This document shows positions 32,383 to 41,662 of a DNA stretch of 54,949 nucleotides, one piece after another. This stretch comes from Eubacteriales bacterium (lineage in GTDB: Bacteria; Bacillota; Clostridia; Oscillospirales; CAG-272), in NCBI GenBank assembly GCA_045614625.1, contig JAZLDE010000106.1, forward strand, positions 1 to 54,949, given 5' to 3'. The notes beneath the pieces are model-generated. The model was not told the origin of the DNA and did not search any database. It saw only the letters and a list, made by a program, of their open reading frames with translations. A program made the position numbers and the translations under genes. Each line of letters begins with the position of its first letter. Within the stretch, counting starts at the first letter, position 1.

Positions 32383-34464
32383 TTAGTTGTTCTTGCTGCG
32401 AGCGGAAATGACCTGCTCCTGGATGGACTTGGGAACCTGAGCGAAGTGGCTGGGCTCCATGGAGTACTGCGCACGACCCTGAGTCTTGGAACGCAGGTCG
32501 GTTGCGTAACCGAACATCTCGGACAGGGGAACGAATGCGACAACGTCAGCGCTGCCGTTGCTCATTTCCTGGGACTGGATCTCACCGCGGCGAGAGTTGA
32601 AGTCGCCGATAACGGCACCGATATAGTCCTCGGGGGTAACGGTGGTGACCTTCATGATCGGCTCGGTCAGAACGGGGTCTGCCTTGCGCATTGCTTCCTT
32701 GAATGCCATCGAACCACAGATCTTGAACGCCATTTCAGACGAGTCAACTTCGTGGTAAGAACCATCGTACAGAGTAACCTTAACGTCAACGACGTTGTAG
32801 CCTGCCAGAACACCATTCTGCATAGCGCTCTGAATACCAGCGTTGGTAGGCTCGATGTATTCCTTAGGAATTGCACCGCCGGTAACGGCATTGACAAAGG
32901 TGTAACCGGCACCCGGCTCGTTGGGCTCAACCGTCATCTTGACGTGAGCGTACTGACCGGAACCACCGGACTGCTTCTTGTACATGCACTCGTGTTCAAC
33001 CTGCTTGCGGATGGTCTCCTTGTAAGCAACCTGAGGTCTACCGATGTTTGCCTCAACCTTGAACTCACGCAGCAGACGGTCAACGATGATCTCCAGGTGG
33101 AGCTCACCCATACCGGCGATAATGGTCTGGCCGGTTTCCTCGTCAGTGTAAGTGCGGAAGGTGGGGTCTTCTTCAGCCAGCTTAACAAGCGCGATGCTCA
33201 TCTTTTCCTGGCCGGCGCGAGTCTTGGGCTCAACGGCCTGACGAATAACAGGCTCGGGGAATTCCATCGACTCGAGAACGATGGGATGATCCTCATCGCA
33301 GAAGGTATCACCAGTGGTGGTGTACTTAGTAGAAACGACAGCAGCGATGTCACCTGCGTAGCAGACTTCCAGATCGCTTCTCTCGTTTGCGTGCATCTGC
33401 AGGATACGACCGAATCTTTCCTTCTTATCCTTGGTGGAGTTCCAGACGTTGGTACCGGTAGATACCGAGCCGGAGTACACGCGGAAGAAGCAAAGCTTAC
33501 CAACGTAGGGGTCGGTCATGATCTTGAATGCGAGAGCCGCAAAGGGCTCAGTATCGGACGAAGGACGCTCCTCCTCGTCGCCCGTTTCGGGGTTGGTACC
33601 CTTAATTGCGGGGACATCAACAGGGGAAGGCATGAAGTCGACGACTGCGTCGATCATCTTCTGAACGCCCTTGTTCTTATAGGAAGAACCACAGACAACG
33701 GGAACGATCTTATTATCGATGCATGCCTTACGCAGTGCAACCTTCAGCTCGTCGATCGTGATCTCTTCTTCCATGCAGTAACGCTCGAACAGATCCTCGT
33801 CGGTCTCACAAATAGACTCGACCATCGCTGCGCGATATTCCTTCGCCTTTTCCAGCATATCGGCAGGGATCTCCTCAACGCGGACATCCTTACCCAGCTC
33901 ATCGTAGTAGATATCAGCTTCCATGGTCATCAAGTCGATGATGCCGCGGAAATCGGACTCGCAGCCGATGGGCAGCTGGATCGGAACTGCATTTGCATGC
34001 AGTCTGTCTTTCAACATACCAACGACGCGATAGAAGTTCGCGCCCATGATATCCATTTTGTTAACGTAGCACATACGGGGAACCTTGTACTTATCAGCCT
34101 GACGCCAAACGGTCTCAGACTGGGGCTCTACGCCACCCTTTGCGCAAAGAACGGTAACTGCACCGTCCAGAACGCGCAAGGAACGCTCAACCTCGACAGT
34201 AAAGTCAACGTGACCGGGGGTGTCGATGATGTTGATACGGTTGCCCTTCCAGTAGCAAGTGGTTGCTGCGGAGGTAATGGTAATACCTCTCTCCTGTTCC
34301 TGTGCCATCCAGTCCATGGTAGCTGCACCGTCATGGGTTTCACCGATCTTGTGCGTCTTACCGGTATAGAACAGGATACGCTCAGTCGTCGTAGTGTTAC
34401 CTGCGGCGATGTGCGCCATGATACCGATATTTCTGGTGTTTTCAAGGGAATATTCTCTTGCCAT
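32383..34464 (-). CDS. fusA: elongation factor G with a degenerate G1/P-loop
   Basis: [24 protein letters not shown] and domains II-V are present, and the gene sits in the str-operon position. G1 reads [12 protein letters not shown] instead of AHIDAGKTTTTE. Confidence 0.9.
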   Translation of the reverse strand: MAREYSLENTRNIGIMAHIAAGNTTTTERILFYTGKTHKIGETHDGAATMDWMAQEQERGITITSAATTCYWKGNRINIIDTPGHVDFTVEVERSLRVLDGAVTVLCAKGGVEPQSETVWRQADKYKVPRMCYVNKMDIMGANFYRVVGMLKDRLHANAVPIQLPIGCESDFRGIIDLMTMEADIYYDELGKDVRVEEIPADMLEKAKEYRAAMVESICETDEDLFERYCMEEEITIDELKVALRKACIDNKIVPVVCGSSYKNKGVQKMIDAVVDFMPSPVDVPAIKGTNPETGDEEERPSSDTEPFAALAFKIMTDPYVGKLCFFRVYSGSVSTGTNVWNSTKDKKERFGRILQMHANERSDLEVCYAGDIAAVVSTKYTTTGDTFCDEDHPIVLESMEFPEPVIRQAVEPKTRAGQEKMSIALVKLAEEDPTFRTYTDEETGQTIIAGMGELHLEIIVDRLLREFKVEANIGRPQVAYKETIRKQVEHECMYKKQSGGSGQYAHVKMTVEPNEPGAGYTFVNAVTGGAIPKEYIEPTNAGIQSAMQNGVLAGYNVVDVKVTLYDGSYHEVDSSEMAFKICGSMAFKEAMRKADPVLTEPIMKVTTVTPEDYIGAVIGDFNSRRGEIQSQEMSNGSADVVAFVPLSEMFGYATDLRSKTQGRAQYSMEPSHFAQVPKSIQEQVISARSKNN

Positions 34465-34482
34465 TTTAACTCTCCTCTAATA

Positions 34483-34953
34483 TCAATATCTGTAGTGTGC
34501 GAACGCCTTGTTGGCTTCTGCCATTCTGTGCGTTTCTTCTTTCTTCTTGAATGCTGCGCCGGCGCTGTTCTTAGCGTCGATGATTTCAGCAGCAAGTCTC
34601 TCTGCCATGGTGCGTTCGCCGCGCTTTCTTGCAGCAGCGATCAGCCAACGCAGACCCAGCGTCTGACGACGCTCGGCGCGGACTTCCATGGGAACCTGGT
34701 AGGTGGAACCGCCTACACGGCGAGCCTTAACCTCCAACACAGGCATAATATTTTCGAGGCATGCCTGGAACACCTCAAGGGGATTCTGACCCAGCTTTGC
34801 TTCAATCTCTGCGAACGCGTCGTAGACGATCTTCTGAGCCACGCCCTTCTTGCCGTCATACATCACGTTGTTGACCAGCTTGGTGACCAGCTTGGAACCA
34901 TACAACGGATCCGGCAATACGTCTCTTTTGGATATACGACCTCTTCTCGGCAC
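34483..34953 (-). CDS. rpsG: 30S ribosomal protein S7
   Basis: (V)[19 protein letters not shown]...AFAHYRY. The GTG start at 34953 follows AAGGAGGG, giving 156 aa. The track ORF starts 6 codons upstream. Confidence 0.95.
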   Translation of the reverse strand: MPRRGRISKRDVLPDPLYGSKLVTKLVNNVMYDGKKGVAQKIVYDAFAEIEAKLGQNPLEVFQACLENIMPVLEVKARRVGGSTYQVPMEVRAERRQTLGLRWLIAAARKRGERTMAERLAAEIIDAKNSAGAAFKKKEETHRMAEANKAFAHYRY

Positions 34954-35123
34954 TGTACTTCCCTCCTTCATTAATTATAGATGAATTCACAGGTACTCAA
35001 AAGCTTTCTTCTGTTAGCACTCGTCAGAAGTTAGGCGAAGAACATAAACATTAAATTTATTTCAACTTGTCTAACACGGACGAATAAACGAACGGTTGCT
35101 TGATACCTTTCGACCTTGGCTTA

Positions 35124-35543
35124 TTACTTCTTAGCCTTAGGTCTCTTAGCGCCGTACTTGGAACGGCTCTGGTTACGGTTTGCCACGCCTTGTGCGTCGA
35201 GCGTACCGCGAATGATGTGGTAACGAACACCGGGCAGGTCACGTACACGACCGCCGCGAATCAGAACGACGGAGTGCTCCTGCAGGTTGTGTCCGATGCC
35301 GGGGATATAGGTCGTAGCCTCGATGCCGTTGGTCAGTCTGACTCTTGCAATCTTACGAAGTGCGGAGTTAGGCTTCTTAGGCGTCGTGGTGGAAACCTTC
35401 GTGCAAACGCCTCTCTTCTGAGGGCTGCTCTGGTTGGTTGCCTTGTTGGACAGCGTGTTAAATCCATGCTGCAGAACGGGAGCTTTGGACTTGCTCTGCT
35501 TATCCTGACGACCCTGCTTGACAAGCTGGTTGAAAGTTGGCAT
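35124..35543 (-). CDS. rpsL: 30S ribosomal protein S12
   Basis: [12 protein letters not shown]...[13 protein letters not shown]...[29 protein letters not shown] 35543 follows AAGGAGGAACAAAAAGGAAA. Confidence 0.95.
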   Translation of the reverse strand: MPTFNQLVKQGRQDKQSKSKAPVLQHGFNTLSNKATNQSSPQKRGVCTKVSTTTPKKPNSALRKIARVRLTNGIEATTYIPGIGHNLQEHSVVLIRGGRVRDLPGVRYHIIRGTLDAQGVANRNQSRSKYGAKRPKAKK

Positions 35544-35658
35544 TTTCCTTTTTGTTCCTCCTTCTTTCAAATTTAATGTTTATATACAGTCACCCAAGCG
35601 TCACCTCCGGGTGCAACTGTCGCGTTTGGTGTCTGAAATCTACACACAGACACATGAT

Positions 35659-35687
35659 ATTATATCATTTTTCCTTTGCTTTGTCAA
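35659..35687 (-). promoter_or_regulatory. consensus promoter of the str operon
   Basis: The minus strand reads TTGACA (35682-35687), a 17-nt spacer, then TATAAT (35659-35664). Confidence 0.7.
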
Positions 35688-35789
35688 GGGAAACTTAAAT
35701 TTCTACGTTTTACACAAATGGAGAAGTTTTACATAAAATTATCGTCAGGTTTTGGACAGAATATACAAAAGAAAGAGGAAAAGTTCAGC

Positions 35790-36235
35790 TAAAGTTCCTG
35801 CTGTTTCTTCTTTTGACGATCATACTGCCTTGCGCGTTAAAAAGAATAATTGTAACGGTTTCGCTGAACGCTGTGCAACTTCTCCTTGGGCCTCGCACAG
35901 CTTCGCGCGCTCGGTGTGCGGCCTTGGTGTTACTTCTTGTCTCGTGACAAGAAGTAACCAAGAAACACGCCAAGACGTTCCCTCTTGGATCTCCCTGCGA
36001 TTGCCGCTCTTCAAGGCAAATCAAGAGATAGACATAACCGTCTTTTGTGTCGTGCTTCAAGGTAGCCACCACGAGCGGCAGATATGGGAAGCGAAAAGTC
36101 TTGCGGGGTTCCAAGGGGTATTAGGCCCCTTGGTTCGTTTCTTGGCTACTTCTTGGGGAATACCAAGAAGTAGCATAAAATGCTTTTACCGAGCGCGCGA
36201 AGCTGGGCGAGGCTGTAGGAGAAGAAGCAAAAATT
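35790..36235. repeat. mosaic hairpin-rich intergenic repeat, locus D
   Basis: Head at 35807, perfect hairpins at 35929-35958 and 36145-36174, CCAAGACGTTCCCTCTTGG at 35970, and GCCACCACGAGCGGCAG at 36065. A 37-nt long-range inverted repeat pairs 35879-35915 with 36188-36224. Confidence 0.85.
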
Positions 36236-36249
36236 TCAGTTGCCTTTTT

Positions 36250-36560
36250 TCGTAGGGCTTCTCATTCCCCTACAGTGCCAAAACGAAAAGGCAATCACTT
36301 TCGTGATTGTTTCCTATGGCAATATTCCGTTTCCTACAGAAACGGAATATTGGGTGCGGCGTAACGGATCTACAAAATCAATACCTATTTCAAACGCCGC
36401 GTGGATTCGAACCCAGACCTCACGTCGCACGCGCCGTGAGCTCCAAAAGAATCCCTCGCGGGCTCAACACCCGCGCCTTGCAAGCAAGGACGGGATTCTT
36501 TCGTAGGGGTTCTCATTCCCCTGCTGGACCAAAACAAAAAGGCAATCACTTTCGTGATTG
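36250..36560 (-). repeat. 251-nt-period direct duplication containing a decayed tRNA-Arg 3' half and a three-way-junction module
   Basis: A roughly 60-nt direct repeat TCGTAGGG.TTCTCATTCCCCT...AAAAGGCAATCACTTTCGTGATTG occurs at 36250-36309 and 36501-60. The tRNA-like piece is at 36351-36440 (TGGGTGCGGCGTAACGGATC, GTGGATTCGAACCCAGACC). A 14-bp hairpin is at 36318-36353, and the module is at 36445-36502. Confidence 0.7.
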
Positions 36561-36571
36561 CCTTTTTGTTT

Positions 36572-36648
36572 TGGTGCGGCGTAAGGGATTCGAACCCCCG
36601 ACCTTTTGGTTCGTAGCCAAACACTCTATCCAGCTGAGCTAACGCCAC
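36572..36648 (-). tRNA. tRNA-Arg (ACG)
   Basis: The minus strand reads GTGGCGTTAGCTCAGCTGGATAGAGTGTTTGGCTACGAACCAAAAGGTCGGGGGTTCGAATCCCTTACGCCGCACCA. Confidence 0.9.
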
Positions 36649-36676
36649 ACACGTCGGTTTTCCCGACAGCCTAATT

Positions 36677-36705
36677 ATTATAGTCTGTTTGTTTGCATTT
36701 GTCAA
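36677..36705 (-). promoter_or_regulatory. consensus promoter of tRNA-Arg
   Basis: The minus strand reads TTGACA (36700-36705), a 17-nt spacer, then TATAAT (36677-36682). Confidence 0.7.
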
Positions 36706-36795
36706 GTGGTTTTTGAAAAATTTTTATTTTTTCTTCAAAATAGCGGTTTTGAGAGTGTGGGGGAGCTTCTTTTTAGAAGTTCCCCCACGCGTTTT

Positions 36796-39700
36796 TTACA
36801 ATTCTCTCTTAATATAATGTAACTTAAATCTATCCCTCGCCTTGACGAAGGTCTTGGCGTGCTCGCGCATGGTCAGGTAGAATTCAGCCAATCGCTTCAT
36901 CTGCTCGGGCGTCATACCGTAGCCGAACTCCTCGGCGGCAATGGCGTCAAGCAGCGAGCCGATGTTGGTCTTGCTGACATTCTCACGCGGCATGGCGTTT
37001 TCCAGCTCGGCGCTGTACTCCATGGGATAGCCCAGCACACTCTCGTAAGCGAAGGAGAGTCGATGGGCGTATTCGTCCTTGAGCTCGCCCGCCTCGGGGG
37101 GCGTGCCGTACATCGAAAGCAGCGACATGGTTTGGCGAATCAGCGCATGCGAAGCATCAGCTCGCGCCGTTTCGTCGCCAAAGATGGCCTCATCACCGCC
37201 CAGGATATCCTCTGCCAGCTTGCGCCGCTTGTTCTCGGCGCGCTTGGCCAGCACGATCATGCGAACCATCCACCAGACGATCAATCCGATCACGGCCAAA
37301 ACAGCCAAACCGATCAGCACCGCGCGAAGGATAACGTCCCAGTCAATGCTCGGTCCCACGGGTCCCGTCACAGGAGGTACGATCACGGGCGGCACAATAG
37401 GCTCGTCGGGATCGACCACGGGAGGATCGGGCTCGGTGACGGGAGGCTTAGGATCAGGCTTGTCGGGGTGCTCTGCCGCACCGCTATCGATCAGATCGCC
37501 TGCCGTGTCCGATTCCTCGCCGTACATATCCACATAATATGGCGGGGTCGTTTCGTAGGTGATCCAACCCATACCATCATACCATACCTCCACCCACGCG
37601 TGAGCGTCGCTGTCGCGCAGATCGGTATGATAGCGGCTGCCGTAAACGTCATAAATATCCAGCTCGAAGTCGCTGGCCAAATAGCCCTCGACGTAACGGG
37701 CAGGAATGCCAAATTCACGCAAAATCAGCGTAGCGGCAGAAGCAAACTGCACGCAATAGCCCTCATTGGTCACGCCAAGGAAGTTTTCCACACCGTCAAG
37801 GGAGGCGTCGGTCGGCTTGGAGGGTTCACGGGTGTAGGTGTTTTCCAGCACCAGCTTGTCGATGATAGCCATTGCCAGCTGATGGCGCGCCTCGTAGGTC
37901 GCGGGCAGAAGCGAGTTGCGATCGGCCGCACCCGTGACGTCCAGCTTTTCCGCCGCCATCTCTTGCATCAGCTCGGTAATAAAGGCGTCGATCACAGGGC
38001 TGTTCACGTCGCCAAGATAGGTGTCGTAAACGAAATTCGCATACGTCTGGGCATTCTTATAGCCCTCGGTGTGACTGTAGAGCTCGTTGTACTTGGCGAT
38101 CATCTGGGCGCGGTTCATATACGCATTGGGATTGGTCTGAACGGGCACGTAGGCGATCAGCGAATAGGAAACGTCCTCCTCTTCAAAGCCGCGGCCGACA
38201 CAAAGACCGTCGTACACGTTGCCGAATTTCAGATCGAGCGCCTCATTCGTGCGATGTTGCAAAAGGCCGTAGTTGCTCGAATAGACACGGGGCAGCAGCG
38301 CCTCGTTCGTGCTGATATTCTTTCGATCGAAGCTGACCATGTACGACACGATGCCGTACTGGACACGATTTCGATATTGCTTGACGTAGTCGACGGGCGC
38401 GGTTTCCGTCTCGTAATCCATCAAAAGCAGAAAATCAAGCAGCATACGCTCGGAGGGCATGGCCTCCTTGCCGTACAGCGTGCGCCAGTCGTCGTATTGC
38501 TTGTCGCTGAAATGCTGCCATGCACCGTTGCTGTAATCCACACCAATGTAATTTGGCAAATAGAGATTGGAATAGAACTGTGAGCCGACACGCATGAGCA
38601 GGATCTCGTCAAATGACAGCGGCTCGGCCATCGTCGAGTGAGGGGTTTCCTTGCGCATTGCCTCCAGATATTCATACATCTCCACCGAAACCTCATCGCC
38701 CTGCAGAAGGGCTGTCACGTACTCGCGGTAGATCTCGACACGGCGGTCAATGCTGTCGATCGTGCGGAAGGAGCCGTCAACCGTCAGTGTGGGAATGAGC
38801 AGAATGATGGTCGCAAGCAAGGTCATGGCCGCGCCCGCAAAACCACCCATAGCGGCACGTGTTTGCGCGGTGACACGGTCGTAGCGACGAACCGCCTTCA
38901 TTTGCTCTGCTCTTTTTTTATGTTCCGTTAGGGATTCCTTTTCTTTTTTCGCCGTTTTCTTGGGCGGGCGACGCTTGGACGTTCTGAAATAGTCGTCCAG
39001 CTCCTGCTCAACCGTCATCATCGAAGCGTTTTCGCGTTTCTCGATGCGCGCCAGACGGCGCAGCTCGCGGCGCTCGCGACGCAACTGACGCGCGTCCGTC
39101 ATTCCCTCGGGCAAGGGAGGTCGATGGTCGGGAAACAGCATAGTGCTCGTCGTGTCTCGCTCATCCACGCGACGATAGCAACGATCATAGGCCAACAGGA
39201 TCAAGACGCCCGAAATACCCACGATCAAAAACAGCACGGGACCGTTTTGTACCGTCAGGTTATACACGAACAGCGGAACCAGAAGCAGCACGCTGATCAG
39301 CGAGGGCCACAGCGCACGTACGCGGCGGATCAGGCAAAGAACGAAAAGCAGCGCGATCACCGTCGCCACCAGCACGCAAAACGCCTGCACAAACTCCGCC
39401 TGGCTTCCGCCCGATGGCACCGCCACCTTGTAACGGAGGAGACCATAGCTTCCCCGCTTATACAAGCGATCGATCATGGCATTGTAGCCGTGTCCAAATA
39501 CGCGGCGCAGGTATCCAAGCGCGCCGTACGGCCGAGATATCAGATAATACACAGCACCGCTTGCCATCAAAACTCCGCCAACAGCCGTCGTGATGGGATG
39601 CTGACGCATCGCACCCACGAGCATGACCACCACGAAGGTGACGAGCAGTACGGGCTCCATGTCCGCGGATGGGAAAAAGGCGGACAGCACCAGCGAGGAA

Positions 39701-39852
39701 AGTCCGTACGCAGCGCAGAATATGGTCACGAGTCGGCAGATCGTGCCAAGAATACGCAAAATGGGAGAGCGTCCCGCCGCATCAGGCGGACAAAAGACAG
39801 GGCGATCGACGCGCCGACGGGCGGCCTTACGCCGTTTTTTCTGTTCCGTCAT
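36796..39852 (-). CDS. transglutaminase-like membrane protein (TgpA-like, 1018 aa)
   Basis: A multi-TM N-terminal region, a transglutaminase core GYCVQFASAATLILREFGIPARYVEGY...DAHAWVEVWYDGMGWITYETTP (Cys-His-Asp), a Pro-rich linker and a late TM helix. Confidence 0.8.
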   Translation of the reverse strand: MTEQKKRRKAARRRVDRPVFCPPDAAGRSPILRILGTICRLVTIFCAAYGLSSLVLSAFFPSADMEPVLLVTFVVVMLVGAMRQHPITTAVGGVLMASGAVYYLISRPYGALGYLRRVFGHGYNAMIDRLYKRGSYGLLRYKVAVPSGGSQAEFVQAFCVLVATVIALLFVLCLIRRVRALWPSLISVLLLVPLFVYNLTVQNGPVLFLIVGISGVLILLAYDRCYRRVDERDTTSTMLFPDHRPPLPEGMTDARQLRRERRELRRLARIEKRENASMMTVEQELDDYFRTSKRRPPKKTAKKEKESLTEHKKRAEQMKAVRRYDRVTAQTRAAMGGFAGAAMTLLATIILLIPTLTVDGSFRTIDSIDRRVEIYREYVTALLQGDEVSVEMYEYLEAMRKETPHSTMAEPLSFDEILLMRVGSQFYSNLYLPNYIGVDYSNGAWQHFSDKQYDDWRTLYGKEAMPSERMLLDFLLLMDYETETAPVDYVKQYRNRVQYGIVSYMVSFDRKNISTNEALLPRVYSSNYGLLQHRTNEALDLKFGNVYDGLCVGRGFEEEDVSYSLIAYVPVQTNPNAYMNRAQMIAKYNELYSHTEGYKNAQTYANFVYDTYLGDVNSPVIDAFITELMQEMAAEKLDVTGAADRNSLLPATYEARHQLAMAIIDKLVLENTYTREPSKPTDASLDGVENFLGVTNEGYCVQFASAATLILREFGIPARYVEGYLASDFELDIYDVYGSRYHTDLRDSDAHAWVEVWYDGMGWITYETTPPYYVDMYGEESDTAGDLIDSGAAEHPDKPDPKPPVTEPDPPVVDPDEPIVPPVIVPPVTGPVGPSIDWDVILRAVLIGLAVLAVIGLIVWWMVRMIVLAKRAENKRRKLAEDILGGDEAIFGDETARADASHALIRQTMSLLSMYGTPPEAGELKDEYAHRLSFAYESVLGYPMEYSAELENAMPRENVSKTNIGSLLDAIAAEEFGYGMTPEQMKRLAEFYLTMREHAKTFVKARDRFKLHYIKREL

Positions 39853-41621
39853 GCTTGCCCCTCCCTTCTGCCGATGCCACCAGCCGACAAGCGCGCACTG
39901 CCGTCGACCATCAGGATGCCGTTGGCACCCAGCATCTGGCGACAGCCCTCCAGATAGGCCCGATGAGCCTCGGGATCAAGGAAGCGCTCCTCCGGGCTGT
40001 AATAGATCAATTCAACCGAGCCAAACTCGGCACCGCCCGTCATACCGGGCAGTTCGGACAGCGCCGTGACCGATTGACGGTCCAGCGCCGCGCTGACAAA
40101 TACCTGCTTGACGCCCTGCGTGTCACCCAGCATGGAGCGCAGCTTGCCAACGCTATGGTCGGCCGGTGAACACAAAGGGGCGGTGGAAAACAGGCGGTAA
40201 ATAGCATCGAAATCGCTCTCCTCGTCCAGCTCAAAGCCAAACGCGCCAAGCTCCGCACGGGCATCGAACCACATCAGCATACAGCGGTTGCCCGAACGCA
40301 GCTCGCGCAAGACGATCGAAATGGCCAGCTCAACCACACCGTCTGCACAGTATTCATTCATATCGGTATAATAGGACGCGTCTGCCAGGGCCATTGGATC
40401 GACCAAGGGCGCTTCCTTCGTTTCGGGCACATTCTCCTCGCGCTCGAACAGCTCGGTCGCCTCGTGACGTTTGCGGCGGGTGGCTCTTTGAAGGCGCTTT
40501 TGTGCGTTAGAGGTCGTATCCTCTGCCGCCTCACTCACCACGGCGCCCTCGCTGTCCATTTCATATTTCAATTGACGAAGGTGCTGATTTTCGCGGCGTT
40601 GCTCCTCTTGACGAAGCAATGCCTCCTCCAGCTCCTTCTTTTTTTGTCTGCGCGAGCGGCGCTTCTCCTCCCGCTCAGGCTCAACCTTCTTGGGCGGTGC
40701 AAGCGGATAGCAGGCCGACAGATCGCAGTAAATGATGGTTCTGCTCGACGCACCACTGGAATAGTCGCGCACCAAAAGCTCCTCCGCCTTGGAGGACAGC
40801 TTCCAGTGGACGTCCTTGAGGGCGTCGCCCATGCGGTAGTCGCGCACGTCGAGCACCTCGACGCGGTCGAAGGCGTAGGGCGAGCGCGTTTGCTTTTGCG
40901 CCGTATCCGAAACCGCAACGGCTCCCTCCCCCTGCAGCATCTGCTTGCGGGGCAGGACGAGGACGTTGTGATATTCCTCTACGTCAACACGCATACGGAC
41001 AATGCGGAAAAAGTCGTACACGTAAAAGCAGGAAACGCCGATCTCATACGTTCCGCGGAAGCGGAAGGTCACGTCGTTGGCAATGGAATAGGAGGCCAGC
41101 GGCGGCAGCGACATGCGCACGCGGCGCAGCGAGGTACGAACCGCATCGTCGCGCGGTACGCGCACGATCGCATCGACAAACGGATAGCTGAAAATGCCAC
41201 CGTTGATGATGCGAAACTCGTACGGGCAAGGCTGCAGCTTTTCCACCGTGGAATATTCTGTATACAGATACACCTTAAGTGTCCGACGCGCCGTCAGAGT
41301 ATACAAGAGCAGGCCGGGCAGCAACAGGAGCATAAACCAGAAAAATAGATTGGATGCGCGCGAGCGCAGAATCTGGGTAAACAAGAGCGCCGCGACGAAC
41401 AGCACCGCGTACCAGACAAAGCCGCGGGAGAAGGAAAGCAACGGCAGCTTCTTGTCCTTCTTTTGCTCGGTCCAGTCCAGCTCGGTGTGTTGCGGCCGCT
41501 TTGAAAGACGTTCCGACAGCGACTGACGGAGGTCCTTGATCCGTTGCCGAGCATGACGGGTTGTTTTCTTTGCATTATACCACGCGCGCGCCAAAAATTC
41601 AGATCGAGGGGGATGTTTCAT
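39849..41621 (-). CDS. DUF58-family protein with a long charged insert
   Basis: VRDYRMGDALKDVHWKLSSKAEELLVRDY is the DUF58 signature. There are two N-terminal TM helices and a Lys/Arg/Glu-rich insert (EREEKRRSRRQKKKELEEALLRQEEQRRENQ). ATG 41621 follows GAGAGGA. An alternative TTG at 41666 would overlap the moxR stop. Confidence 0.75.
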   Translation of the reverse strand: MKHPPRSEFLARAWYNAKKTTRHARQRIKDLRQSLSERLSKRPQHTELDWTEQKKDKKLPLLSFSRGFVWYAVLFVAALLFTQILRSRASNLFFWFMLLLLPGLLLYTLTARRTLKVYLYTEYSTVEKLQPCPYEFRIINGGIFSYPFVDAIVRVPRDDAVRTSLRRVRMSLPPLASYSIANDVTFRFRGTYEIGVSCFYVYDFFRIVRMRVDVEEYHNVLVLPRKQMLQGEGAVAVSDTAQKQTRSPYAFDRVEVLDVRDYRMGDALKDVHWKLSSKAEELLVRDYSSGASSRTIIYCDLSACYPLAPPKKVEPEREEKRRSRRQKKKELEEALLRQEEQRRENQHLRQLKYEMDSEGAVVSEAAEDTTSNAQKRLQRATRRKRHEATELFEREENVPETKEAPLVDPMALADASYYTDMNEYCADGVVELAISIVLRELRSGNRCMLMWFDARAELGAFGFELDEESDFDAIYRLFSTAPLCSPADHSVGKLRSMLGDTQGVKQVFVSAALDRQSVTALSELPGMTGGAEFGSVELIYYSPEERFLDPEAHRAYLEGCRQMLGANGILMVDGSARLSAGGIGRREGQA

Positions 41622-41662
41622 GTCATATCCTCTCTGTGATTGGTATAGGAAACGCGGGCGAA

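Noticed and set aside
32446-34974. An 842-aa plus-strand ORF spanning fusA and rpsG. Similar long antisense ORFs occur at 24-554, 560-1459, 6803-8617, 11823-13013, 15416-17587, 27753-29273, 29498-30904, 31349-32368 and 36859-38583 on the plus strand, and at 13948-15033 on the minus strand.
   Set aside because: Each one mirrors a well-supported gene on the other strand (EF-G/S7, aroB, pheA, GH2, GDPD, MATE, the SBPs, EF-Tu, the transglutaminase-like protein, BSH). Each crosses gene boundaries or lacks an RBS, and the translations are compositionally biased nonsense. These are shadow ORFs caused by codon bias.
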